Of a stretch of 64,000 bases of DNA, positions 1 to 9,360 are shown piece after piece. Position 1 is the first letter of the stretch, and each line of letters begins with the position of its first letter. Location of the stretch: NCBI GenBank assembly GCA_043799715.1, contig JAZDNM010000003.1:156903-220902 (forward strand). Reading direction: 5' to 3'. Both the position numbers and the translations under genes were made by a program. The stretch comes from an archaeon (GTDB taxonomy: Archaea; Nanobdellota; Nanobdellia; Pacearchaeales; DTIR01). The notes beneath the pieces are model-generated. The model did not search any database and was not told the origin of the DNA. It saw nothing but the letters and a program-made list of their open reading frames with translations.

Positions 1-101
1 TCATCAAAGATGTTCATTGCAAAATATCTCCTTGCAATGTCGCTTATATCCGCGAGTTTCCAGAACTCATTCATTTTTCTTAAAAATCTTTTTGTTCCCA
101 T
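1..101 (-). CDS. Partial CDS, N-terminal 33 codons only (continues past window start); possibly a VIT1/CCC1-like membrane protein
   Basis: ATG at 101 on the minus strand, 9 nt after the GGDEF gene stop. Reads MGTKRFLRKMNEFWKLADISDIARRYFAMNIFD and stays open to position 1. Not in the ORF track because it is truncated. Family guess is from the RRYF-x-N-x-FD N-terminus only. Confidence 0.3.
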   Translation of the reverse strand, partial: MGTKRFLRKMNEFWKLADISDIARRYFAMNIFD

Positions 102-110
102 TTTACCCCT

Positions 111-728
111 TTAAACATCCTTGTAGCTCATTGAAATGTTCTTTCCCTGCTTTTTTGCGCACAACAAGGCAAAATCTGCCTTGTTGAACAGCTTGTTTTT
201 TGTATCACCTTTCTCAAAATCAGCCACTCCGCTGCTTGCAGTAATACCCCATTCTGAGAAAGTTGTATCTGACATAATCTCCGCTCTCAGCCTGCGGCTT
301 ATCCTCATTGCAGTTTTCAGGCTGGCGTATGGCAGCAGTATCACAAATTCATCCCCGCCAAATCTTGATGCGATGTCTGATTTTCTTATATTCTCGCCGA
401 CATATTTAGCCACTTTTTTTATCACAATATCCCCGTTGCTGTGCCCTAACTTATCATTCACGCTCTTCAGGTTGTCAATGTCTATTATTATAACAGACAG
501 TTTCTGCCCCCTCTTTGCCTTTTCTATCTCAATTTCAAACACTGCATCAAAAAATCTGCTGTTGTAAAGCCCTGTTTTTGTGTCCTTTATCGCGATTTTA
601 TACAGCGCCATTAAATTCTTGTTTATGTTCTGGAGTATAACCTTTATTTTGCTGTGGCATTTCGGGCCTATTGTTTTCTTTACAATGCTTATGTCCTGCT
701 TCAGCTTCCTGTAAATCTTGTGCTCCAT
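111..728 (-). CDS. Stand-alone GGDEF-domain protein (putative diguanylate cyclase), 205 aa
   Basis: Intact signature SRFGGDEFVILLP. RxxD I-site (RKSD) lies exactly 5 residues upstream. IIIDIDNLKSVND metal/substrate region is present. Only a ~40 aa N-terminal helix, no sensor domain. Confidence 0.85.
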   Translation of the reverse strand: MEHKIYRKLKQDISIVKKTIGPKCHSKIKVILQNINKNLMALYKIAIKDTKTGLYNSRFFDAVFEIEIEKAKRGQKLSVIIIDIDNLKSVNDKLGHSNGDIVIKKVAKYVGENIRKSDIASRFGGDEFVILLPYASLKTAMRISRRLRAEIMSDTTFSEWGITASSGVADFEKGDTKNKLFNKADFALLCAKKQGKNISMSYKDV

Positions 729-767
729 TTTTTAATCCTTAAGGACAAGGAAAAGGGTTTCTTATTT

Positions 768-1481
768 TTAATATGTTTCGTTTCTTATCCCTGCGATTGT
801 GAAATACTGTTTTATTGCATTGAGCAGTTCAGTTATTTGCTCTCCTGAATATTGATGCTTTTTTTCAAATTTTTCTTCAAGGCATTTGTCTTTCCTGAAG
901 CCCTGGATGAAAAATTTCCTGTTTGCCCTGTGTTCCTTGAGATATTCTGCAATCCAGATTAAATCATCCTTGCCTGTAAGCTCAGGCACTGCTGTAATCC
1001 TGAATTCGTAGTCAGGAAAATCCCTTATTGTTTCAATGGATTTTTCAATGTTTTTCAAATCAACTTTTGAGTTTGTTGCCTGACTGTATTTGCTGAAAGG
1101 CGCCTTGAAATCCATTGCAATGTAATCAGCAAGTTTTTTTCTCAGGATAAGTTCAAGCATTTCGGGATTTGTGCCGTTTGTGTCAAGCTTGATTTTGTAT
1201 CCTAGTTTTTTTATCTCTTCAAGAAATTCAGGCAAGTCCTTGTTTAAAGTCGGCTCTCCGCCGGTTATGCATACCCCTTCAAGAAAACCCTTTCTTTCTT
1301 CAAGAAAATCCAGAATTTCCTTTTTGCTGTATGTTCTGATTTCAGCTGCTTTCTCTGCATCAATAAGCTCGGGATTGTGGCAGTAAGGGCAGCGAAAATT
1401 GCATCCAAATAGGAATATAGTGCACGCAACCTTTCCGGGAAAGTCAATAAGCGTCTGTTTCTGCAGCCCTTTTATCAGCAT
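768..1481 (-). CDS. nrdG: Anaerobic ribonucleotide reductase activating protein (radical SAM)
   Basis: CNFRCPYCHN CxxxCxxC motif near the N-terminus and GGEPTL motif. Lies immediately downstream of nrdD on the same strand. Confidence 0.85.
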   Translation of the reverse strand: MLIKGLQKQTLIDFPGKVACTIFLFGCNFRCPYCHNPELIDAEKAAEIRTYSKKEILDFLEERKGFLEGVCITGGEPTLNKDLPEFLEEIKKLGYKIKLDTNGTNPEMLELILRKKLADYIAMDFKAPFSKYSQATNSKVDLKNIEKSIETIRDFPDYEFRITAVPELTGKDDLIWIAEYLKEHRANRKFFIQGFRKDKCLEEKFEKKHQYSGEQITELLNAIKQYFTIAGIRNETY

Positions 1482-1558
1482 GTTTTATCTAAAATAAGAT
1501 TATTTAAAATCCTTTGCAAGGATTAAACCAGTCATTTCCTGCTGTTGTCCGCTTAGAT

Positions 1559-3643
1559 TTATTTTGCCTTGAGAACATTCTCAAACTGGAACATCTTCCT
1601 GTCTTTCCATTCTTCTTTTTTTCCTGCATTCCAGCCCTTGACAGGGCGCAAGTAGCCGACTACCCTGCTGTATATTTCAGTTTCAGCGCCGCATCTTGGG
1701 CATTTTTCAGTCCTGTCATCAAGATAGCCGTGCTCAGGGCATATTGAGAATGTTGGGGTAAGTGTCAAATATGGCAGCCTGAAATTCTCGGTTGCTTTCT
1801 TGACAAGCATCTTTGCCTGCTCGCCTTTTATCCTCTCTCCGAGAAATACATGGAAAACAGTGCCTCCTGTGTAAAGGTTCTGCAGCTCCTCCTGGTGCTT
1901 TAATGCGAAATACAAGTCGTCAGTATAATCTACAGGAAGCATTGTTGAGTTTGTATAATACGGCTCTGCAGTTCCTTGCGTGAGAATATTAGGATAAATC
2001 TCCCTGTCCTTTTTTGCCAGCCTGTATGATGTTCCTTCTGCAGGTGTTGCCTCAAGATTGTAGAGATGCCCTGTTTCCTGCTGGAACTCAGAGAGCTTTC
2101 CCCTCATGAATTCAAGAACCTTAATTGAGAATTTCTTTCCTTCTTCTGAAGCAATGTCTTTTTTCAGGAAATTCATGCATGCCTCATTCATTCCTACAAT
2201 TCCTATTGTTGAGAAATGGTTGTTTACTGTGCCCAAGTATCTTCTTGAATAAGTGAGAAGCCACTGGTTTATGTTCCTCTGCACAAATTTCCTTTTTATC
2301 TCAAGCGAGCGCATTGCAAGATACATATATCTGTCCAATCTTTCAAAGAACTCGTCTTCTGTTTTGCTCAGATACCCTATTCTTGGAAGATTGATTGTCA
2401 CTACACCCACACTGCCTGTTGATTCCCCTGAGCCGAACAATCCGCCTGTTGTGTTCTTTCTTAATTCAGCCAAATCCAGTCTGAGATGGCAGCACATAGC
2501 CCTTACATCGCTTGGGTTGAGCCCTGAATTCACAAAATTCTGGAAATATGGCAAGCCGTATTTTGCAGTCATCTCAAAAAGCAAGTCAGAAATCTCAGAA
2601 TTCCATTTGAAATCCTTTGTTATGTTGTAAGTAGGGATAGGGAAAGTGAAAACTCTGGATTTTGCGTCGCCTTCAGTCATCACTTCAATGAATGCCTTGT
2701 TTATTATGTCTATTTCATCCTGATAATCCCCATATGTTGAATTCTGCAGCTTGCCGCCTAATGTGACTGCCTGCGTCCTTAAGTCCTCTGGCGGAACCAA
2801 ATCAAGAGTTATGTTTGTAAAAGGTGTTTGTCCGCCCCACCTGCTTGCGACATTCATATTGAAAACAAATTCCTGTATTGCCTGCTTTACTTCCTTGTAG
2901 CTTAGCTTGTCTGCTTTTATGTAAGGCGCGAGATATGTGTCAAAACTTGAGAATGCCTGCGCGCCAGCCCATTCATTCTGCAGTGTGCCTATGAAGTTTA
3001 TCATCTGCCCTATTGCGCTCCTGAGATGCTTGGGAGCTGAACATTCAACTTTCCCGGGAACTCCGTTAAACCCCTCATGAAGCAGCTGCCTTAATGACCA
3101 TCCTGCGCAGTATCCTGCAAGGCTCATGCTTAAGTTGTGAAGATGGATATCCCCGTTAATATGCGCATTGGCAATTTCAGTCGGATACATATGGTTTAAT
3201 CCATAATATGCCATTATCGTGCCTGCAGAATGCCACAAAAGCCCTGAAAAATTGTATGAAACATTCGCATTTTCATAAACTCTCCAGTCCTCTTTTGCAA
3301 TGTAATCCCTTACAATTTCCTGAGAGTCCAGAAGCAGTTTCTTTACATCCCTTATCTCTTTGTGTTTTTCCCTGTAGAGTATGTATGCCTTTGCAGTTTT
3401 TGCATGCCCTTCCTCAATCAGTATCTTCTCAACTGTGTCCTGAATATCCTCAACACTGGGAGTTCTTCCTGCGAATTTTTTTTCAAGAAAATCAATAACC
3501 TTGTTGCTAAGCTGCTCTGCAGTCTCCCTGTCCTTTCCCCCGACTGCCTGCGCTGATTTCCAGATTGCTTCTGTAATTTTCTCCTGATTGAAATTATCGA
3601 GCCTTCCGTCCCTTTTCCTTACTTTGATTATAGAATTCCCCAT
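1559..3643 (-). CDS. nrdD: Class III (anaerobic) ribonucleoside-triphosphate reductase
   Basis: N-terminal ATP-cone (VRKRDGRLDNFNQEKI). C-terminal Zn ribbon CPEHG...CPRCG followed by glycyl-radical motif SRVVGYLRP. 694 aa. Confidence 0.9.
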   Translation of the reverse strand: MGNSIIKVRKRDGRLDNFNQEKITEAIWKSAQAVGGKDRETAEQLSNKVIDFLEKKFAGRTPSVEDIQDTVEKILIEEGHAKTAKAYILYREKHKEIRDVKKLLLDSQEIVRDYIAKEDWRVYENANVSYNFSGLLWHSAGTIMAYYGLNHMYPTEIANAHINGDIHLHNLSMSLAGYCAGWSLRQLLHEGFNGVPGKVECSAPKHLRSAIGQMINFIGTLQNEWAGAQAFSSFDTYLAPYIKADKLSYKEVKQAIQEFVFNMNVASRWGGQTPFTNITLDLVPPEDLRTQAVTLGGKLQNSTYGDYQDEIDIINKAFIEVMTEGDAKSRVFTFPIPTYNITKDFKWNSEISDLLFEMTAKYGLPYFQNFVNSGLNPSDVRAMCCHLRLDLAELRKNTTGGLFGSGESTGSVGVVTINLPRIGYLSKTEDEFFERLDRYMYLAMRSLEIKRKFVQRNINQWLLTYSRRYLGTVNNHFSTIGIVGMNEACMNFLKKDIASEEGKKFSIKVLEFMRGKLSEFQQETGHLYNLEATPAEGTSYRLAKKDREIYPNILTQGTAEPYYTNSTMLPVDYTDDLYFALKHQEELQNLYTGGTVFHVFLGERIKGEQAKMLVKKATENFRLPYLTLTPTFSICPEHGYLDDRTEKCPRCGAETEIYSRVVGYLRPVKGWNAGKKEEWKDRKMFQFENVLKAK

Positions 3644-3758
3644 TTTCCCTCTTTTTTACGGATGAATTTTTTTGTTGCAATTACTTTTTAAACATTCCTG
3701 TTGTGCAAATGCATAATCTCATTCCCTTGCCATCACTCTGCAGTTTCTAATTGCCTTG

Positions 3759-6407
3759 TCACTTTTTGATGCTTGCAAGGGTTTTATATGCTTCTCCTAT
3801 GACAAGTATTGAAATTGACGCAGCAGCAATAACAAGAAGCTCTTTTATCGGGATTGCTGTTGTGCTGAATGCCTTTTGCATAGGCGCAAAGAAAATCAAT
3901 GCCAGCTGCAGGGCAAATGTCAGCAATACAGCTCCAACAAGAAGATAGTTCTTGCTTCTTTTATGTGCAGGATGCGTGAATGATGAGAAGTTGAATGCAT
4001 TAAATCCCTCAAGCAAGACAAGCATAGTGAATGCTATTGTCTGCGCTTTTATTGGAGTTCCTATATTTGCCGCGAAGAATGCAAGAGTAAGAATAGTTAT
4101 GTACAGCGCAATGCCGATAAGGACAAGGAAAATCTTAAGATTGAGAATCCCGCCTTTCTCTGGTTTTCTGTGCATTATATTCTTTTCATTCCTGCTTCTG
4201 CTTAGGGTAATCGCGATGATTCCGTCAGACACAAGGTTAACCCATAAAATCTGAAGAGGTAAAAGAGGCAAAACATTTTTCCACTGCATTCTCATGCCTA
4301 TTATCATTGCAAAGAATATTATTAATATCTCGGCGATATTTGTGCTAACCATATAATACGTGAATTTCTTTATGTTGTCATAGATATGCCTGCCTTCCTC
4401 AACAGCCCTGACAATGCTTGCAAAATGGTCGTCAAGAAGGATAATATCAGCAACATCCCTTGTTACATCACTGCCTCTTATGCCCATTGCAATCCCTATA
4501 TCCGCTTTCTTCAGTGCAGGGGCATCATTAACCCCGTCGCCTGTGACAGCAACAATCTCTTTTTTCAGCTTGAGTATTGAGATTATCCTTACTTTGTCAG
4601 CAGGGTCTACTCTCGCGAAGACTGATATCTCATCAATTCTCCTGATGAGCTCGGCATCACTCATCTTTCTCAGTTCCCTGCCTTCAATAGCCTCTCCCCT
4701 CAGCCCAATCTGCCTTGCAACAGCTTTTGCAGTCACAAGCCCGTCGCCTGTTATCATTTTTACTGCGATGCCTGCCTTCTCGCATTTTTCAATAGCTTCC
4801 TTCACCTCTGCTTTTGGCGCATCAAATATTGCTTGGAAACCAACAAAAATCATCCCGTATTCCGCCTCCTGCTCTGTGACATTGCCCTTGTATGGGGGAA
4901 GAAATTTGTATGCAAATGCAATCACTCTAAGAGCTTCTGAAGCAAGAGTTGAATATTCCCTGAGCAAATGCCGCTTTTTTTCCTCGTCAAGGGGAATTAC
5001 TTTTCCGTTGATAATTTCCCTGTTGCATCTCTGAAGGATAATCTCAGGAGAGCCCTTTGAATAATTAATAATTCTCATGTCCTTCCCCTGCCTTGTTATT
5101 GACATCATTTTCCTTTCTGAACTGAAAGCAAATTCTTTCAGCCTGGGCTCTGCCCTTGTAAGATATTCCTTGCTGAAGCCAAATTCTTTTGCTGTCCTGA
5201 GAAGAGCTTTTTCTGTCGCATCGCCTATCAAATATTCTTTTTCAATGCCGCTTTCATGTTTTGAAACTTCCAGTCTGGCATTGCTTGCCATGCATCCTAT
5301 CTTAACCAATAACCTTGCCTCTGCTGTATTTTGCACATACTGGAGAAAATTGCTGTCAACACGCATTGCTTTGTTGTTGCAGAACACCTTGACAACTTTA
5401 AGCTCTTCCTGCGTTATTGTTCCTGTCTTGTCAGAGCAGATTACTGTTACTCTCCCAAGGGTTTCTGCAGCAGGGAGCTTTCTTATCAGCGCTTTCACTT
5501 TAAGCATTCTCTTTACAGCAAACGCAAGGCATAATGTTATCACTGCAGGAAGCCCTTCTGGGATTGCAGCAACAGCGAGGCTTACTGAAGTCAGGAACAT
5601 TTCCATCTTGCCTACTCCTGCAAGAATTCCCAAGCCCATAATAACAAACAGCAGCACTATTGCTGTTATGCCAAGCTGGCTGCTGAATGAATTGAGCTTT
5701 TTCTGCAGGGGAGTAATTTCTGATTTTGGCTGCTGGAGCATCAGTGCTATCCTGCCAAATTCAGATGACATTCCTGTTGAAGTGATAATCGCCTTTGCAT
5801 GCCCTCTTTCGATAGTTGTCCCGAGAAATACAGTGTTAAGCCTGTCCCCTAAAGATATGCTATCTTTTATTGCTCCTGTTGATTTTTCAACAGCCATGCT
5901 CTCCCCAGTAAGTATCGCTTCATTGCTCTGGACATTTTCTGCATAAAATAATCTTGCATCAGCCATTACCTTGTCCCCTTCATTAAGAATGAGTATATCC
6001 CCCGGAACAAGCAGTTCTGAGCTGATTTGCCTTATCCTGCCTTCTCTCATTACTGTTGCTGTAGGGATAAGCATTTTCTTCAGGCTTTGTATTGCCTTTT
6101 CTGCCCTGTACTGCTGCACAAATCCCAAGAATGAATTCAGGACTACAACTACCATGATAAGCGAGAAATCAACCCAATGCCCTATAACTCCTGATACAAT
6201 AGATGCAATAATAAGAAGATAAATAAGAATTGAATTGAACTGGCTGAAAAATATTCTCCATGGATTTATCGCAGCTGTCTCCTTAATCTTGTTAAATCCA
6301 TATTGCCTGAGCCTTAATTCTGCTTCTTCTTCGCTCAGTCCGTTTTCAGCTGTCCTGAGCTTTGCGAAAACATTTTCTGCGCTTAATGTATGCCACAGTT
6401 CTGCCAT
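3759..6407 (-). CDS. P2-type cation (Ca2+-like) transporting P-type ATPase
   Basis: LTGES actuator motif, DKTGTIT phosphorylation site, PEGLP in M4, TGDGVNDAPAL hinge. 882 aa with multiple TM helices. Confidence 0.9.
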   Translation of the reverse strand: MAELWHTLSAENVFAKLRTAENGLSEEEAELRLRQYGFNKIKETAAINPWRIFFSQFNSILIYLLIIASIVSGVIGHWVDFSLIMVVVVLNSFLGFVQQYRAEKAIQSLKKMLIPTATVMREGRIRQISSELLVPGDILILNEGDKVMADARLFYAENVQSNEAILTGESMAVEKSTGAIKDSISLGDRLNTVFLGTTIERGHAKAIITSTGMSSEFGRIALMLQQPKSEITPLQKKLNSFSSQLGITAIVLLFVIMGLGILAGVGKMEMFLTSVSLAVAAIPEGLPAVITLCLAFAVKRMLKVKALIRKLPAAETLGRVTVICSDKTGTITQEELKVVKVFCNNKAMRVDSNFLQYVQNTAEARLLVKIGCMASNARLEVSKHESGIEKEYLIGDATEKALLRTAKEFGFSKEYLTRAEPRLKEFAFSSERKMMSITRQGKDMRIINYSKGSPEIILQRCNREIINGKVIPLDEEKKRHLLREYSTLASEALRVIAFAYKFLPPYKGNVTEQEAEYGMIFVGFQAIFDAPKAEVKEAIEKCEKAGIAVKMITGDGLVTAKAVARQIGLRGEAIEGRELRKMSDAELIRRIDEISVFARVDPADKVRIISILKLKKEIVAVTGDGVNDAPALKKADIGIAMGIRGSDVTRDVADIILLDDHFASIVRAVEEGRHIYDNIKKFTYYMVSTNIAEILIIFFAMIIGMRMQWKNVLPLLPLQILWVNLVSDGIIAITLSRSRNEKNIMHRKPEKGGILNLKIFLVLIGIALYITILTLAFFAANIGTPIKAQTIAFTMLVLLEGFNAFNFSSFTHPAHKRSKNYLLVGAVLLTFALQLALIFFAPMQKAFSTTAIPIKELLVIAAASISILVIGEAYKTLASIKK

Positions 6408-6465
6408 TTTGCTTCTTTTTTCTACGTTAAGGAAAGAAGAAGAGGTATAAAAATATTGCTGAAAT

Positions 6466-6753
6466 TTATTCTTCTTGGGAGATTTCTTCTTTAAAATCTT
6501 CTGTCTTTTTAAGATAACTTACAATTTCCCTGCCTTCTTGTGTTAAGGAATAAATCTTGCCAACTCTTTGCTTGGGAGTCAGGCATTTTACCAAATCTCT
6601 TTTTTCCAAATCTTTCAGCACCTTGCTTATATGGGAAGTGTTGATGTATGTTTTTCTTGCTATTTGGGTTGGTGTTCTTACCAAATCCAAGCTTAACATA
6701 ACTTTTCTCCTGTGCTTGCTTCCTACGACATAGCCGTAATCTTTCCAGTTCAT
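6466..6753 (-). CDS. Small winged-helix transcription regulator
   Basis: 95 aa. HTH-like TPTQIARKTYINTSHISKVLKDLEKRDLV followed by wing GKIYSLTQEG. Confidence 0.6.
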   Translation of the reverse strand: MNWKDYGYVVGSKHRRKVMLSLDLVRTPTQIARKTYINTSHISKVLKDLEKRDLVKCLTPKQRVGKIYSLTQEGREIVSYLKKTEDFKEEISQEE

Positions 6754-6835
6754 GGAAAAAAATCAAACGAAATATTTATATAGAGTTTATTACATTTCTA
6801 TTACATATCATATACAAATCGGTTATACAGAGAAA

Positions 6836-7198
6836 ATGAGGGCAAAGAGGCAAGGAAGAAGCAAAAGAAGGTTCTTTTATGGAATAATCTTAATTGTTCT
6901 TTTAGGGCTTGTCTTGATATTTTCTGCTAAATCACCCCCGCCCTTAAAAAATATGAAGGGAATAAGGGCCAAAAAACCAGATATAGACTGCATCAATCTT
7001 TGGAAGGAGGAGTTTAAAAGATATATTTTAGAAGAAATAAAAAAAGGCAATAAGTATCCATCTGGCGAAGAAATAGCAAAGCATTTTGGAATTTCACATA
7101 TTTGGAATATAGTTAAGGTTTCTGAACTTTATAAAGAATTGAATCTGAAACCCTATTTGGAAAGAGAAAGAAGGATCACATCTGTTCAAGAACCATAA
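6836..7198 (+). CDS. Hypothetical N-terminally membrane-anchored protein
   Basis: ORF track starts at 6752. I prefer the internal Met at 6836 (MRAKRQGRSKRRFFYGIILIVLLGLVLIF), which gives a basic N-terminus plus TM. C-terminal part has an HTH-like stretch (GEEIAKHFGISHIWNIV). The 3' end overlaps htpX convergently by 23 nt. Confidence 0.4.
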   Translation: MRAKRQGRSKRRFFYGIILIVLLGLVLIFSAKSPPPLKNMKGIRAKKPDIDCINLWKEEFKRYILEEIKKGNKYPSGEEIAKHFGISHIWNIVKVSELYKELNLKPYLERERRITSVQEP

Positions 7199-8075
7199 TA
7201 CGCTTGTTTATATCAGGGTGCGTCTGGAACAAGTTTGACAGGCTTTCTTTCATCGGGCTTGAGAAAAATAACGGGGCAACTGCTGCATTGACTTTTATTG
7301 GCTTGTCATCTGAGATTTTTTTCAATGCAGAGATTAATCCTTTTGGATATCTTGTGATTTCAACGCTGCCTGCATCAGCCATGAACTCCCTTTTTCTGCT
7401 TATGGCAAGCTGAACAAGCTTTACTACAATTGGCGCAAGAATTGCAAGAGCAATTCCTATGAGCATAAAGACAGCATTCCCGCCTTTTTTGTCATCCCTG
7501 CTGCTTGCTCCCCCATACCACAAGCTTCTCAGGAAAACTTCTGATATTATTGAAATCATGCCAACCATCACTGCAACAAGAGTTGCAAACCTTACATCAT
7601 AATTCTTTATATGGGTAAGTTCATGAGCCAAAACTCCTTCAAGTTCATGCTTGTCAAGCTTTGCAAGCATTCCTGAAGTCACGCACACAGCGCAGTGTTT
7701 CTCATCTCTTCCTGTCGCGAATGCGTTAATCTGCTGGCTTTCCATTATATACACTTTTGGCATTGGTAAGCCCGAAGCAATTGTCAGTCCTTCAACTGAA
7801 TTGTAAAGCTGCCTGTATTGCCTCTCATCAGCTTTTCTTGCTCCTACAGACATCAATGCAATTTTGTCTGAGTTGTAATATGAGACTGCGAGATATAAAA
7901 CTGAAACTGCTGTCCAGATTATTGCAAAAGAGAAAAAATCAATGCTTGCAAACTGGAATATTATATATCCCAGCATGATAAGAACTGCAAGAACAGCAAA
8001 GACAAGGATGAAGGACTTCAATTTGTTCCTTGAAATCTCGTCTCGAAAATCTATATGCCTTATTTCCTTAGCCAT
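7176..8075 (-). CDS. htpX: HtpX-like M48 zinc metalloprotease (membrane)
   Basis: HELTHIKNYD (HExxH) motif, several TM segments, downstream E in REFMADAGS. 299 aa. Confidence 0.85.
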   Translation of the reverse strand: MAKEIRHIDFRDEISRNKLKSFILVFAVLAVLIMLGYIIFQFASIDFFSFAIIWTAVSVLYLAVSYYNSDKIALMSVGARKADERQYRQLYNSVEGLTIASGLPMPKVYIMESQQINAFATGRDEKHCAVCVTSGMLAKLDKHELEGVLAHELTHIKNYDVRFATLVAVMVGMISIISEVFLRSLWYGGASSRDDKKGGNAVFMLIGIALAILAPIVVKLVQLAISRKREFMADAGSVEITRYPKGLISALKKISDDKPIKVNAAVAPLFFSSPMKESLSNLFQTHPDINKRIMVLEQM

Positions 8076-8079
8076 TTTG

Positions 8080-8427
8080 TTATTTTAAATCCAAGCTTAT
8101 TTTAATTGCCATCTCCACCTTGCTCATTATTTCTGCGCTTAACAAGCTGATTTTCCTTGTAATTCTGCGCTTGTCAATTGTCCTTATCTGATTTAGCAAA
8201 ATAGTGGAATTTTTGTTTAATCCAGAATCTTCCTTTAAAACAACAACATTAGTTGGGAACTCTTTTGTGAATTCTTTTGAAGTCAGCGGGGCAATTATTG
8301 TCAGGGGGCTGTATTTATTCCCCTGGTTATTCTGGATAATCAGGCAGGGCCTGATGCCCCCTTGCTCACTTCCCTTTATAGGCTCTAAGTTAACAAGGAC
8401 TATATCCCCCCTTTTTATCTCTACCAT
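8080..8427 (-). CDS. mazF: MazF/PemK-family toxin (type II TA endoribonuclease)
   Basis: N-terminus RGDIVLVNLEPIKGSEQGGIRPCLIIQN is typical of PemK/MazF. 115 aa. Overlaps the upstream small ORF by 7 nt. Confidence 0.8.
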   Translation of the reverse strand: MVEIKRGDIVLVNLEPIKGSEQGGIRPCLIIQNNQGNKYSPLTIIAPLTSKEFTKEFPTNVVVLKEDSGLNKNSTILLNQIRTIDKRRITRKISLLSAEIMSKVEMAIKISLDLK

Positions 8428-8651
8428 TTCCAGTCAAAATCTTCTTCAACAGCTTCAAACTCTTTATTTATCTTTGAACTCTCTTCAGCCATTTCCTTGT
8501 ATCCCTCAATAAGCAGCTGTTCCTGCCCTCTTTTGCATTTCTCTGCAATTTTCATAAGTCCAAGAATAACCTCCTCATAGCTCTCTTTGTCAATTTTTAG
8601 CCTGTCAAGCTCATCCTTTACATTTTCCCTTATTTGAATTGTTGTTATCAT
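8421..8651 (-). CDS. Cognate antitoxin candidate (76 aa)
   Basis: Small ORF directly upstream of and overlapping mazF. N-terminal TIQIRENVKDELDRLK..ESYEEVI resembles archaeal VapB/RHH-like antitoxins. Acidic C-terminal tail EEDFDWKW. Confidence 0.6.
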   Translation of the reverse strand: MITTIQIRENVKDELDRLKIDKESYEEVILGLMKIAEKCKRGQEQLLIEGYKEMAEESSKINKEFEAVEEDFDWKW

Positions 8652-8715
8652 AATTCTATAGACAAACTATAGTTTATAAATCTTTTGGCTAATAAGAGGC
8701 AGCAAAGAAGCCTGT

Positions 8716-9288
8716 TTATTCAAACTTAACCTTAACAGGCAGCTTCTCTGCTTCAGGAATCTTCAGGTAAGCCAGCTCTTTCCTGTTGAATATTGATGCG
8801 AATATGCTGCCTGGGAAAGTGCTTCTCAAATTATCATATTCAAGAATGGAGTCATTGTAGAACTGCCTTGCATATGCAATCTTGTCCTCTATTGATGAAA
8901 GCTCCTGCTGAAGCTGGATGAAATTCTCATTTGCCTTCAGGTTTGGATAGTTCTCAGCAATTGCAAATACAGACTTTAATGCAGAGGCAAGCCTGTCCCC
9001 TGCTCTGACTTTGCTGCTCAAGTCCTTTGCAGAAACAAGAAGTTTCCTTGCCTCTGTAACAGAATTAATCACTGATTTTTCATGATTCATGTAGCCCTTG
9101 ACTGCCTCGACAAGATTCGGGACAAGGTCTGCCCTTTTCTTCAGCTGGACATCAATCTGCGCAGCGGAATTTTCAGTCCTGTTTTGCAATATTGCGAACC
9201 TATTAAAAAATGATATTACAATAAGCACAAGTGCTGCAAGAACAATAACTAAAATCCAAATCACGCTCATTTTATATAAAGGACGCAA
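8716..9288 (-). CDS. lemA: LemA family protein
   Basis: N-terminal TM followed by NRFAILQNRTENSAAQIDVQLKRRADLVPNLV..ENYPNLKANENF, characteristic of LemA. Confidence 0.85.
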   Translation of the reverse strand: MRPLYKMSVIWILVIVLAALVLIVISFFNRFAILQNRTENSAAQIDVQLKKRADLVPNLVEAVKGYMNHEKSVINSVTEARKLLVSAKDLSSKVRAGDRLASALKSVFAIAENYPNLKANENFIQLQQELSSIEDKIAYARQFYNDSILEYDNLRSTFPGSIFASIFNRKELAYLKIPEAEKLPVKVKFE

Positions 9289-9360
9289 AGGGGTTTTTAA
9301 ATATTGCTGACCTGGGATTTATCTAAACCGCGGGCTTAAAAAAATAAAAAAAGAAAAAGA

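Noticed and set aside
4414-5946. Long + strand ORFs (206 aa at 4414-5034 and 289 aa at 5077-5946) inside the P-type ATPase locus
   Set aside because: They are antisense shadows of a full-length ATPase that carries every diagnostic motif. Their products are Ser/Leu/Phe-rich low-complexity strings with no motifs.
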